From Lytechinus pictus (lineage: Eukaryota), in the NCBI RefSeq assembly GCF_037042905.1, contig NC_087245.1, positions 9,736,001-9,800,000 on the forward strand: a stretch of 64,000 nucleotides of DNA, given 5' to 3'. Positions within the stretch are counted from its first letter, which is position 1, and each line of letters opens with the position of its first letter. The notes below the pieces were generated by a model. That model worked only from the letters and a program-made list of their open reading frames with translations. It ran no database searches and was not told where the DNA came from. This document shows, one piece after another, positions 14,316 through 27,516 of the stretch. Made by a program: the position numbers and the translations under genes.

Positions 14316-14899
14316 AGGAGAATGAAACTCTTGGAGCAAGTTAGCTTTTGTGAAAGCAGAAAAATCAATGAATAAGATCAACAAAAGTTTGAGTAAAATA
14401 GGACTAGCAATAGAAGAGTTATGAGCATTTGATTGTCGAGATCATTAATGCTATGGAGATCCTCCCATTGGCAATGCGACCAATATCTATGATGTCACAG
14501 ATGAACAACTCTCCCCTTTTGGACACTGAAAATATACCCCAAAACATCTCTTTTTGCTCATTCTAATCATATGACAAACGATTCATCAATGATATAATGT
14601 TGTGAAACCTCTGTACTTGTCCTCTCATAAAGAGAACACCTCACCTTGTGATAGACTCTATAAAAGTGAGAATATAAGTGAAATAAGTACTAAATTAATG
14701 AGGGAGTTGTACGTGTGTGACATCACAGATCTTGGTCGCATTGCCAATGGGAGGATCTACATGGCATTAGTGATCTCAATATTCAAATGCTCATAACTTT
14801 CTTATTATTCATTCAATCTTCCTCAAACTTTCAACAATATGTTTCTTTGATTTTTCTCTTTGATATGGATTCAGCTGGTTTCAAGGGTTTCATTCTCCT
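14316..14899. mobile_element. TTAA-flanked MITE (Kolobok-like); second copy 51130-51830
   Basis: TTAA|AGGAGAATGAAAC...GTTTCATTCTCCT|TTAA with long imperfect inverted arms. Confidence 0.85.
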
Positions 14900-15117
14900 T
14901 TAAATGGGATAGTTGTCGCTTGCCAATTTGCCTATCTGAAAAAAAAATTATAACATCCCATGACAATTTTGTCCAATATCTTCCAAATTTTCTCATTCTT
15001 TTTTCTCATTCATCTGGTTTTGCACATATTGGTTGAATTTCATCTGTAGGTTGCAGGTAACTCTTTGTGAATCCCACCCCATGAAAAGTATAAAATTAAA
15101 ATTTGTCAAATCCTTAC

Positions 15118-15175
15118 CTCTTCTAAGCAGTGTAGTATCTGAGATTCATTCAACCGAGCTCCCGCTTGAAGTATT
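15118..15175 (-). CDS. TPGS1: TPGS1 exon 7: ILQAGARLNESQILHCLEE (the gene continues; terminal exon not located)
   Basis: T-rich ttgcag acceptor and GAG|gtaagg donor; phase 2 fits exon 6; matches human FLEAGSRLGPDSLALALD. Confidence 0.82.
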
Positions 15176-15517
15176 CTGCAACGAAAAAAAAAGGAATGCA
15201 GTGCCAAAATATTTAGAAGGAACTATATGCATACTGTGCTGTGATATTCATGGCAGTTTTTAATAGCAAGTAGAATCATCTCACAAAGAATTGTGATTGA
15301 TCCAATCAACCTCAACTATATGGAAATCCATCACTGTCATAAGTTTTGCTACATCAAATTTTCAAAATGTCTTTTTGTAAAACATCTTTTCGTATTAGAG
15401 CACATTGAAATGACAAGAAGCCATACAGTATAAAGAAAACATTCTGATCAAACATGCATTTTAGATGTTGAAGTTGCTGGCTTTCCATAGTTGAGTTTGT
15501 TCGGTTCAATCTCGACT

Positions 15518-15630
15518 ATTATTATCATCATCATCATCATCATCGCCATCACCACCAGCACCATCATCATCACCAGCACCACCATCATTACTATTAGTAG
15601 TAGTAGTAGCAGCAGCAGCAGCAGCAGCAT
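15518..15630. repeat. Compound trinucleotide microsatellite (ATC/ACC/TAG/CAG)
   Basis: Direct reading. Confidence 0.9.
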
Positions 15631-17494
15631 TTAAATTTTTACATTTCTATATCAGGGTCCCATCTTACAAAATCTTTGTAAGACAGGGTCCTGGACAGTA
15701 CAAAACTTTAAATCTTATCAGTCGTTAGCTTTTGATAATTTGATTTAGATTATGTTTATAAACTCACAATTAGGTCTAAGGCAACCTGAATTGTGCTTCT
15801 AACATCAACACCAACACCCAACTTAGTATCCTTGATTAAACATTCCACATTCCACTTGGTTGCTGTTTTCCTTAAATAAGCCTCACAATACACTTGCATC
15901 ATTGCATAACCTATTGAAAGTCCTTTTATTCTTCTTTGGAACCCCCCCCCCCCAGTTTTGGCCGCTACAGTTGCAGTGATCTGGAGGGTTCATCTACATG
16001 TATACCAAATAATACATTCCAAATTAGAATTGAAACATTCTTAACACTGTTGAATAATTCATAAGTTTGAAATAATTATTGGTAAATCGGAGTAATATGT
16101 CTGGTACAAAATATGATTATTAAGAATGATCAAACAGAAATTGGAACGTACCAATGCAGTATATATCAAAGTTTGAATTCATTCTACAATCAAATCCAAT
16201 CTTTTATCATGGTTTATCAAATTCTGTCTATAGATTTGGCTGAGTAACTTGAGTCCCAAGTTGAAAGTCATGCCAATCTTTGATAAGTGTAGTGGCTATT
16301 TAATTTTTTTTTTTCATCTTTTGATTCTTTGTGAAAATTTGAACTTGGAATTTTTCGCAATGTGCAATGCTCTCTTCCGGTAATTTCTTTTCTTTAAAAG
16401 GGGGGTCTTTCAGCACTTATCTTACAATCTAGAGACTGGGTATCACAAAGCAAGAGATGATGATTGAATAACAAAATAATAATAAGGTAGCTGATTTCAG
16501 AATTTCAAAGAGCCAATAAAATATTTTGTAGAAGCATACATTATATCCTTTGATATACCCCCAAGAAATTAGCAAGGAATATTGCTTGCATTGCTATATA
16601 TTTATCTTAAAAAACATTATCATTTTTCAATGGCTGTCTGGGGTAGCTGACAAAAGACTTTTAAATCTATTGTCAGCTACATGTATCCCAGGCAGCCAGT
16701 GAAAAATATTCACAAATCTTTATCAGGGACTAGTTTATTTCTATTTTTTTTATGATAGTGTAAATTACAGATCCATATTTTTCGCAACAGACCTTAAATG
16801 TGATCTTTATCAGAGCACAATTTTTGGAACAATTATATCCACTTTTATAAATCACTTCCCATATTTTTTATTTATCAGGGTTAGGACTTGTACATGTAGA
16901 TTAATTTGAAATAAGTGACTTTCAATTTAGTTTGCCTTTATGCCCATGATTTGTTTTAATTCGACTTACTTAAATTCTCCGTCTTGGAGAGAACAAGGGT
17001 GATTCTTGTTTTGTTTTGAACATAAAGCTGGATTTAAGCAAATGAATATGGAACTCTGAATACAAATAAAGAAAATATAGATTCATAATCAAAATGTGAT
17101 CTATTAATCTCTTAATCAACTAAATTATCAATGCGTCTCCAAATACCCAGTCATTCTTCGATCCTTTTACTTTATCATTTTATTTGGCAAGGGTTGTCAG
17201 TTCAACTATGATCTTCCAGTGGGCCCTGCATTTGTACAAAAAAATTGAATTACCCTTCCTTCTTTCTCATTCAGCACCCGACAAAAGGGCAGAAGCTCCA
17301 TCTTAAAGTCTCAGCTGAGGATCAAACCCATGACCTCTTATTCATGAGGTGGGTACTTTACCGCTAAACCACCATGCCAGATCATCTCTGTATGCAGCAC
17401 ATACTATTTTTAGTACTGGTATGTCTACTAGAATTCATTGGTATGTTCCTTTTCCATTTTCTTCTTTGCCTTAATGATTTTGTTTGCATCATAA

Positions 17495-17997
17495 AACAAG
17501 TGTAATGCCTCTGGCAGTCTCACCTGCATCACACGATTCAATATAGTAGCAGTGCTGACTTTGAAAACTACTATAAAATAATTTTTCACAACACCATTCA
17601 TATGATACAATACTACGTTCATTGACCTTTGACCTTCGTCATGTGACCTGAAATGCGCACAGGATGTTCAGTGATACTTTATTACTCTATTGTCCAAGTT
17701 TTATGAACTAGACCAATAAAGTTTCAAAGTTATGATGGTAATTCAACAAATACCCCCAATTTGGCCAAAGTTCATTGACCCTAAATGACCTTAATCATGT
17801 GACCTGAAACTTGCACAGGATGTTCAGTGATACTTGATTACTCTTATGTCCAAGTTTCATGAATCAGATCCATAAACTTTAAAAGTTATGATGGTAATTC
17901 AAAAACTTAACCTTCGGTTAAGATTTGGTGTTGACGCCGCCGTCGCCGTCAGAAAAGCGGCGCCTATAGTCTCACTCTGCTATGCAGGTGAGACAAA
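17495..17997 (-). mobile_element. Helentron/DINE-1-like element, family A
   Basis: Same termini and ~120-bp units as 11435-12108 and 55069-56266. Confidence 0.8.
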
Positions 17998-18419
17998 AAT
18001 GGAGAAAAAGCTGAGCTGAATAGATTTCTATAAATTGCATTTCTCCAGGTATTTAATATCAATGGAACTCCCTTTTTCACAACTCGTGAAAGGAATTCTC
18101 CCAGGTCATTTCACAGAAATATTTCTCTGTGAAAGGTGAAAGCTCTGACACTATTCCCATTTTCCCACTCATTTTAAAGATAAATATAAAAATCTATATG
18201 TATGATAATATTTTGACAATTAACCTTGATTTAATAGACTTTCTCATGAAATGATTGTCTGCTGCAACTACTGTCTTTTATCTTTAATAAAAGAATGAAA
18301 AATTGATCAATTTCATGCAGATATGTGCTTTTCACAAGGAATAGTAGGTGGATTAGGGCATGCATTAATTTGGATTGATCCAAAGTGCATCTATCTTCAA
18401 CGGAAGGATTAATGACCAA

Positions 18420-18854
18420 GCAGTCACACCGCAGGTCCCTATGCTAATGAGCAAATAGGCTAGATTCACCCAAATCCTCTTGAAGAAGCCTCAAAGATAT
18501 CTATATCATGATATAGATATCTCTGAAGCTCAAAATAAAAAGTTTTGTACAATTTGCAAAAGAAAACAGAGGAAGAAAGTTCAGTTATGATGCACACTTT
18601 CAGGCCAGAAATTCACTTAATTATCAAAATATTTTATACAAAATAAATGACGGATATGAAAGAGAAACACAAAGCTGAAATTCTATACTGTCTCACAATT
18701 TCATTCTTAATATGCGGCACATTTTAATCCCATCAAGACCACCCTTTTCCCACTAAGGTACAAGATGAGATTTCTAAAATTTAGGAGAAGCATGAAATCT
18801 AGTGTTCTGCTCGGCTGAAAGAAGCCACTTTTGGGGGACCTGCCTACTGACTGC
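18420..18854. mobile_element. Deleted, internally inverted relative of the 3917-5002 element
   Basis: GCAGTCACACCGCAGGTCCC...GGGACCTGCCTACTGACTGC, flanked by AA/AA. Confidence 0.8.
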
Positions 18855-21676
18855 AAGGTAGGCGGAGCCAGGCGCTAAGCATGTGTTTTACTGGCTTAAT
18901 GCAAAGCATATCTTTTGTATCACAGTGATCACACAAGCCTTGACGAGTGCTCCAGATAATGCAGAAAATTTAATGGCAAGGTTGGTCTATTACACACAGC
19001 AGATAAAGTTTAAGTAATGTAGTGGAATACAATTATGATAATTTTTAGAAACAGCCCCATAACAAGTAAAAAAAAAATGAGGGGCTGAATGTTTGAATAT
19101 GATGCATTTTATAAAATAGCAAGTGAGTGAAACAAGTGAGACAAAAGAATAAAGAATAAACAAAAAATTAATTCTGTCATAGATTTTGGTAGATAAGTTG
19201 ATTTTTCGTCATTCTTGTTTAAGGTGGGGAAAAAGGCAATTAGCAAATTATTGGAATTAAATACGTTTAATCAAAAAGTTAGGCCATTTCATTCAGTGAT
19301 TGATTGCTAAACCTTTAAGTTACAGGACCCTTATCAAGAACAATCTTGGGATCATTTGTTTAAAAAAAATGCAATTAGCAAGCTTTCGACTCATGATTAC
19401 ACCGTCATCAGGAGTCAACATTTTTTATTGGCTCTTGATTTGGTGAATTATCCAGCTAGTTCAGAATGAAGAAGCACCCCAGTTTCAGCTCAAGATAATT
19501 CATATGTGATACCAAAGCACAAAGCGAGGGTTTATCTTGCAAGAAACTTGAGACAAGCACAGGCAGATGGGGACCTTTCACTGTGGCTACTTGTACCAGC
19601 ATATGGATATTTGATGAATTCAAAAATCACAACCCCCTGTTGGGATTACAATTTGTGTGCACTGATTTTGATCTAATGCTTAATGAAAAGCATCAATGCA
19701 AACATAAATTTATCAGGTAGAGAAGACAGTATTTTTTGCAAGGTATTTATTTTAAGATCCAAAGGAAAGATTAAAGTGACAATTAAGGTATGTGCCTACA
19801 GGTTATGAGACCTTTTCATAGGTTTTCAGGTCAACTATCCACTGATTGGAATCAATCATCCATATAGGTAGTTCAAATATCTGATTAGGATTTATTTATT
19901 TTATATTTTTATTTCCATTTTTCAGTGGGGGGGGGGGGTCTTAGACCTGTATATTGCTGTCTTCATTTTATTTGTTTATTATGTATATATTTCTTCCCTT
20001 TTCATTCTACCCCCCCCCCCCCCCCACTGTCTTGGAGCCTTCAAGTCTTGGTGGGGATGGAGCACCTTTTCATAACAGGCTTCTTTCTCTTCCTACCATT
20101 CATTCCACCTTTTTTATTATTCCTTCTCTACTTAATTGTTATATGGGTACATAGGCAAGCAAACAAATGCTGTATAGTAATTTCAATTGTCCCTATGGGT
20201 GTAAAATGATAAACTAACAACAAACTACATACCAAACGCAACACAACATGGATCTACGGACAAACTTTATTTACAGTATTGTAATCAAACCTTGAATACA
20301 TCTTAATGTGGCATAAATTTCATAATTCATATGAAGAACATCATTATTTTTTAACAATGTATATTCCTACAGTTATGAAAACCAGTAAAGTCATACAAAT
20401 AATACAATTGTTTCATTCTTCTTGACCATCAGTTTGTATATATAGATAAATTTCCTCAGTCTCTCAGTCATCCAAAACATGTAGGCCTAATTAATCATTT
20501 CCTGCCACAAATGGAAATTATTTCTATATATTTTTCTGTATTCTTATTTACAAACAATGAACACATTTACAACCTTAAAATAAATACCCAAATACAAGCA
20601 AAACATTTTTTTCATGAATATGCATGTTACTTTGATAAAGGCTAAATCTATTTTGCATTACTTGACGCATCACAAAATGCAACAACATTGAATGTGTTCA
20701 TAAATCCTCTTATTGTATTTTTTAATTCAAAGGAAAATTATTAGCCGATAATATTTTCAATGTTGGGATTGATTTTAATTATTTTAATTCCAATTTAATA
20801 AAACAAGGCGGGAAGGGGCGTATCTACATGTAGCTCGATTGGAAGCAATATTTTGTTTTTGTTTCGCCACTGGGGATAGGATAGTATTTTCGAATTCTTG
20901 TTCTTGAAAAAAAATCATCATTATTCAACTAAATTTGATTTATTAAAAGAATCTCTTATTTGTTATTTATCTCAAATAAAAGTTCTGTCATCATTATTTA
21001 TAATTATTCAATTTGTTTCTTTATATATTTCTCATATCATTGTTCAATTACCTTGTTTTGGTCCCTATATGGAAAACTAGCAGTGTGTTGCCTACAATGT
21101 CAATGTTCGATGGGAAAACATATTCAGACATAACAAATTTTAACACATTTCTTTTGAATAAGTATGTTACTTATGTTGCACTCTCAGTATGAAGTATGTT
21201 TTTCCTGTTAAACTTTCAATAAATTCTCAAATATTTGTTTTTCTTTTTCAATAAACCAAATTATAATTGCTTTCTGCCCTATATTTGGAATAATCTATCT
21301 TTACCTTTGAACAGAATGTTGGTATTGTACTTTGTGTAATGTGTACATTTATCTTACATTATAAGAAAATTCCAATCCCTTTCCAGTCATCATTGATGCA
21401 TGATTTAGCAAAAGGACATTTGATTTACCTATGTATGACTTGATACCTTAATTTATGTATGATTATCTAACAATTGCTATTGATTGGATATTTGACTTCT
21501 CTATGGACATGTTATTCATCTTTTGGGATATAAGTCTGGCAAAAGGGACATTTGAATTCCCTATTGACATCTGAATTACCTTGCTCTGACACGGCGGACA
21601 TTTGACTTAGAAAACCTATATTAAAAACAGTGCCAGGAAAAATATGTATTCAAATTTTTTGCAAGGTATTTATTCT

Positions 21677-22115
21677 CGCATACATTCGTAATTCCGAAGC
21701 TTCGTTATTCCGAAGGTTCGGATATTCCGAAGGTTCGTTATTCCCAAGGTTCGTATTTCCGAAGGTTCGTTAGTCCGAAAACGAAATGAGGTTCGTAATT
21801 CCGAAGGTTTGTTAGTCCGAAAGCGAAATGATTAACGAACCTTATTTCGTTTTCGGATTAACGAACCTTCGGAACAACGAACCTTATTTCGTTTTCGAAT
21901 TAACGAACCTTCAACCTTATTTCGTTTTCGGATTATCAAACCTTCGGAATAACGAACCTTCGGATTAACGCCACAAATGTTCGGATTAATGAACCCTTTT
22001 ACGTTTTCGGATTAACGTACATCGAGGTATAGGCAATTGACGTGTTTCGGAATTACGAACCTTCGGAATAAAGAACCTTCGGAATTACGAACCTTCGGAA
22101 TTACGAAGTGTAACC
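21677..22115. mobile_element. MULE/Foldback-type element with TTCCGAAGGTTCGT sub-repeats
   Basis: Mirror arrays of ttccgaaggttcgt / acgaaccttcggaa; 9-bp TSD ATTTATTCT at 21668-21676 and 22116-22124. Confidence 0.85.
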
Positions 22116-23560
22116 ATTTATTCTAAACGTAAAGACAGTAGTTGCAGCAAACAATTATTTCATGAGAAAGTCCATTAAATCAAGATTTATTGTCAAAATA
22201 TTATCATACATATAGATCTGGTATACTAATGTAAACTTGTCTTTGTAAAATCATGAAATCTCGGCTCAAAATCGATAATTCTGATGATCACTAACACAGA
22301 AAAGCAAATGTAGGACAATGTATTAATATTGCTTCGAAAAATACCTGACGTTTGATGGAATTCTGTGCTTATTTTGCTATTTCTCATCAATTATGCATTT
22401 TCTTCTAGAGCTATTTGGAACATATTTTTATTCATAAATACAAACACTTTGGTGGTAATTCCCTTGGATTCAGTTCAAACTCATTATGAGATCGCTACCA
22501 CAACTGGTATTTATCTTTAAGATCCAAAGGGAAGATTAAAGTAACAATCAAGGTCTGTGCCTGAAGACTAATGAGGTTATGAGACCTTCTTACTAAAAAA
22601 AGTGCAAGGGAAAATACATAAACGAAAAGAAGCCTGCAATCAAGGACAACGCATTGGTTGCGTGAGCAGACTTGTCCTCTGGTTACCAATTAAAAATTAA
22701 AAATAAGGTTTCCCAAGCATTATTATTCATCTCGGGGGAGTGGGGTACTGATATATGGGTTTCGTTTTCATACCGTATTTGTCTCCTTCAAACTTGCCTG
22801 AACAAGACACAATGAACAATAATCTCCTTAAATATCTGAACAATTTTATGAAAAAATGTAAATTGGATTGGGTCCAAGTGTTTGACTTTTGATTTCCTTT
22901 CATTTGTGTTCCTAACAATAACCCAATACAAAAATAGCATGCCCAGTGGAGCAAATATGTGACAAAAGCATTCAGAAGAGCAATGGCATTCAAATCTCCC
23001 AGGCCAATTCCAAGAAATCATCTATTGTTGAGGGTGTAATCAGAGTTTACACTCACTCTTCATGTGATATACTCTCAATAGAAAAACACACACAGCCTTG
23101 ATATTTTGGATCAAAAAGTAAAATAAAAAACATCTCCAAGGGGAAGGACACCTTAATATCAAATTGTTTTTTAATAAAAGAAAAAGAAAAAAAGAAAAAA
23201 ACTTATCACGCAACATCTGTCTAAATATAAAAAAAAAAACATGGAGACAATGCTTGCGGGAAGTTAGGGTATCTGTATGGTAGTACGGACTGGGACCTAC
23301 AAACAGCAAAACCAATAATATCTATCTAGCCAAAACAGAAAGGTGTAAACCATTAATCTGAGTACTGTGCTTTCAAGACTGGCCTGTCTACACAGATGCT
23401 AGGTTGGTTAATCTGAAATATTAAACATACCTGTATCCCAGAGGATGATTTTTGGGGACTTTTCTGAATAAATTGACAAATAAAACCAACCTTGCATCAA
23501 GGGCACAAAACATCAATCAAAATCAATATACCGAACGGATAGTATGCATTGTGTTACTCT

Positions 23561-24010
23561 GAGGCTGTTCTCACTACGTTCCTTAAAACTAGTTTAGTGG
23601 AAACTAGTTTAACGCGTAGTGAGAACGGTCGAAGCGGTCTTGGAAGCGATCTTCCAAACCAGTTTGGAAAACCACCTCGCGATGTAGTTTTCAAGATCGC
23701 TTTGCCTTGTTAAACTGGTTTTAGCGTAAGTGAGGACACAACCATTCTTTGGGAAGCGATCTTCGCACTTTTTGAGCGCGCTACTCCACACGACAGGTGT
23801 AGAATGCCTATGCTGCGGTTTCAAATTTCGCGCAAAACGTGTCACCCCACTGAGAGCGTTTCCATAGCAACAAGAGCGCTTTACGTGAAGTGATTTTGAA
23901 AACCACTTTCGTGTGATCAAGTGGGAACGCTAGCAAAGCAATCTTCCAAAGTGGTTTCCTGAATCGGTTTCCAGTAAACTAGTTTTAGAAAGTGTAATGA
24001 GAACGGCCTC
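23561..24010. mobile_element. PIF/Harbinger-type MITE
   Basis: ~40-bp TIR GAGGCTGTTCTCACTAC...GTAATGAGAACGGCCTC; 3-bp TSD TCT. Confidence 0.85.
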
Positions 24011-26278
24011 TCTGAGTAAAAGATGATTGTCCATGACATAAATGGGAAAAAAATAGTTCAAACTTATAGAGGCATATCAACAAAGAGGAATTCATAACAT
24101 CTTCATTCTTTAATATATTGCCAGGTACTATTCATACGTGAAGTCATTCTTGGCCTAAAAACAAAATGGGGGTGAGTTGGTCAGTCGTTCGTTCCCCCCC
24201 CCCCCCCTTCATGTCATGGATGTTGTTCTGCCACGCCATTTCCAGTAAATAAAAAGTAGGCAAAATAATTAAAATATAGTTTGGTTGGCACATTTTGTTT
24301 TTTCGGGGGGGGGGGGGGTCAAATTTGAATTAAACACATAAAAGTCAGCAAGTTTGACACCTAGGTCAGTCAGGTAACTGCAAATAAATTTTGCTCATGC
24401 TTAATATAAGACAGAAAATTCAAATCATCTCATATGACATCAAATTCATTTCAATCAAATGGACTAATGGAATTCTGTTTAATATATACATGTACAAGGC
24501 AGTCTAATTGGGGCTAAATGTAGATGCAGTTTTGAATTTTGCACCTTAATTTGGTAGACCTACTTAATATCTTGTGTGCTACATTAGTCTTAAATGATTG
24601 TACAATGAGTGAAATTATCTTATTTTCTCCTTTTTTCAGGCTTGGCTCTGTTAGACTTGAAATCTTAACTCATTTGGCAGAAACTCTGTGATAACATAGT
24701 TGAATGTACATGTAACTCTTTAAAAATCATACAGACGTGAAGGTGAAATGAATATGACGGTTGTTAAGGCCATCAAGGTTCTACAATAGATCGTATTAAC
24801 TCCTTGCAGTGAAAATACAACGCCTAGTTGGCTTAAAGTCGATCATGCCTCCATCACATCTAGGGGCGTGTTTTTAGAGGGGGCATTAGAATGAGCTAAT
24901 ACGAAAACAGGATCAAAGAGATGCGTGACAAATATGCGTGCGGGGAATATCTCTTGTGCATTTTTTTTCCAGGGACGTTCCCCACAATCCTAATAATTTC
25001 ATAACAATAGCGACCCGTACTTGACACAGTTTCCTCTACACCTACAGACACAGTGTAGTCAAATTCACAATATTTCCATAGTAATCATAATGAAGAGCTC
25101 ACTCTCTAAGTCTTGTTCAGACATACGACAACGTTTTTAAATACATTCAGACATAGCGTATTATACGTTTAACTGTGCAACACTCCCATAAAGGAAATTT
25201 CTCCAATCTGCTAAGGTGCACAAAAATACTCATGGCATCATGCTTCATTCTACTTTTCAAAGAGATTTGATTGGTCTGTGCAGGTATTAGGTGCCAGAAG
25301 AAGAGAAAAAAAATTGTGAAGAGTAGTAGAAATATTGAGGGGGGAGGGGTGAGATTCATGAGCTTGACACCAACCATTTTCATCCTCAATGCACATTCAG
25401 AGAGCATAACTGCACTCTTTCCAAAACTCAAGAGGGGGTAGTTGCAGATGACAAGCTGAGAGGAGAGCCCTACCTCTGCCATCACCATTGTTGGGCTCAA
25501 TTACTTTCTTCAATTAGAATTAAGTAATTGAAGAAATGTTCAATTACAATTAGTTTTCAATTAAATTACATTTTTTCAATTACCAATTACTTTTGTCAAT
25601 TTTACAATTTCAATTGCTTTCTATAAAGTCATAAATGAAATAAATTTATATTTTGTATGTAGTGCCACCCATTTCAACATAATTTTAAGTTAGAGAAAAA
25701 CTGACAAAATGAAGGTTTATGAGTTTTGTATATATCCATCCCTTTAATACTCAAGTCAATTGACATTCTCAGTAATATGTAGATCTGCATGCTTTCTTCA
25801 TTTGTAGAAATCATGATGTACAACATTTAAACTTGATTTGTGTGTTGTGACCTCCTTCATCAAGGGCGGATCCAGCTTTCGCCTATAGGGGAGGAGGGGG
25901 GGGGGGGGGCAGGAAAATATATTTTCATCCACATTTTCCCTGATCAGCTACTTAAAGCTGTTTTTTTGAGGAAGTATTAAGTCTTAAGATCTTAGTAAAC
26001 ATCTAACATTTATTCTTTATACAAACAAAATGAGACCACTGCATGCGTAATGTAACTTTGCTAGTATGAAAAATTACATAATTTTATTTCTTATTGGAAC
26101 CTATGACCTTTAGCAAATTTTCTCAAACATTTCAAATGGTCAATTTGTGCACTTCTTAATAGCAATACTGTCTCCTCTTTCCTCTACATCATGGGAAAGG
26201 ATACAGTTGCATGCAAGAGATATATAGATATGGAAAAAGAGAAATACACAATCCAGAGTAAATTAATTGATAAATTGA

Positions 26279-27190
26279 AGGTCAAGTCCACCCCAACAAA
26301 AAGTTAATTTGAATAAAAAGAGAAAAATCCAACAAGCATAACACTGAAAATTTCATCAAAATCGGATGTAAAATAAGAAAGTTATGACATTTTAAAGTTT
26401 CGCTTAATTTCACAAAACAGTTATATGCACATCCTGTTTGGTATGCAAATGAGGAGACTGATGACGTCATCCACTCACTATTTCTTTTTTATTTTATTAT
26501 ATGGAATATGAAATATTCGAATTTTCTCCTCATTGTCAAGTGAAACAACGATTAATTCCTCCCTGAACATGTGGGATTAGCATTGTTTAATACCATATAA
26601 TAATATAGGGTATTTATATTGCGCACATATCCACCTTGTTAGGTGCTCAAGGCGCTCCTATATTACCCGGCTAAGCTAGGCGTTCATAGCGCACACAGCT
26701 TTTTAAGGAATTACTTCCTACCGGTACCCATTTACCTCACCTGGGTTGAGTGCAGCACACTGTGGATCAGTTTCTTGCTGAAGGAAATTACGCCATGGCT
26801 GGGATTCGAACCCACGACCCTGTTTCAAAGTCCGAAGACTAATCCACTGGGCCACAACGCTCCACAAAAATATAGATCAGTCAAGTTTGTAAAAAATGAA
26901 ATATTGTATAATTCAAACAATGAAAAACAAAAAAAATAGTGAGTGAGGGACATCATCGACCATCTCATTTGCATGTCACTGAGTTGTACATATCACCGTT
27001 TTGTGAAAAATAAGCGAAACTTTAAAATTTCATAACTTTCTTATTTTATAAAGTCAAAAGGGGCCTAAGCTTTCGATCCTAGCAAAATTCGTATTTTACA
27101 TCCGATGTTGATGAAACTTGCAGCGTTATGCTAATTTTATTTTTATTTGTTTATTCAAGTCACCATTTTTCTGTGGTGTACTTGACCTTT
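26279..27190. mobile_element. Kolobok-like MITE (AGGTCAAGTCCACCCC ends); related copy ~29945-30510
   Basis: Long inverted arms; right end ...cttgacct|ttaa. Confidence 0.8.
26598..26865 (-). mobile_element. tRNA-derived SINE, near full length
   Basis: Minus strand: A box TGGCCCAGTGG, B box GGTTCGAATCC, V-domain-like CCCAGGTGAGGTAAATGGGTACCGG, L2-type tail ...GCGCAATATAAATAC(TAT)n. Confidence 0.88.
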
Positions 27191-27516
27191 AAGCAATAAA
27201 GTAATGTAATTGAATGTAATTAAAAGTAATTGACAGTAATTGAAGTCAATTACAATTTTTCAATTACAATTACAATTTTTCAATTACAATTACAATTCTT
27301 TTAGAATTTCAATAAAAAATTACAATAACTAGAAAAAATGTAATTAATTATGTAATTGAGCCTAACCCTAGCCATCACATTCTTTTTTGCTCTTAAGTAT
27401 CAACTTTCTTTTACACAAATCACTCCTCATTTATCAAACCCAGCACAAGACCCCAATTTTCACTTCATAAGCGACCATTGTAATTTGTATTCCCAAATAA
27501 CTTCAACACGAGATCA

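Larger units (their letters stand above)
25486..27370. mobile_element. hAT-type element with CAATTA subterminal arrays, containing nested insertions
   Basis: TIR (CATT)GTTGGGCTCAATTAC / GTAATTGAGCCTAAC(CCTA); 8-bp TSD GCCATCAC at 25478-25485 and 27371-27378. Confidence 0.88.

Noticed and set aside
26790..26865. tRNA gene (A and B boxes present)
   Set aside because: Continues into a SINE body and L2-type tail; no acceptor stem closure or T-run terminator.
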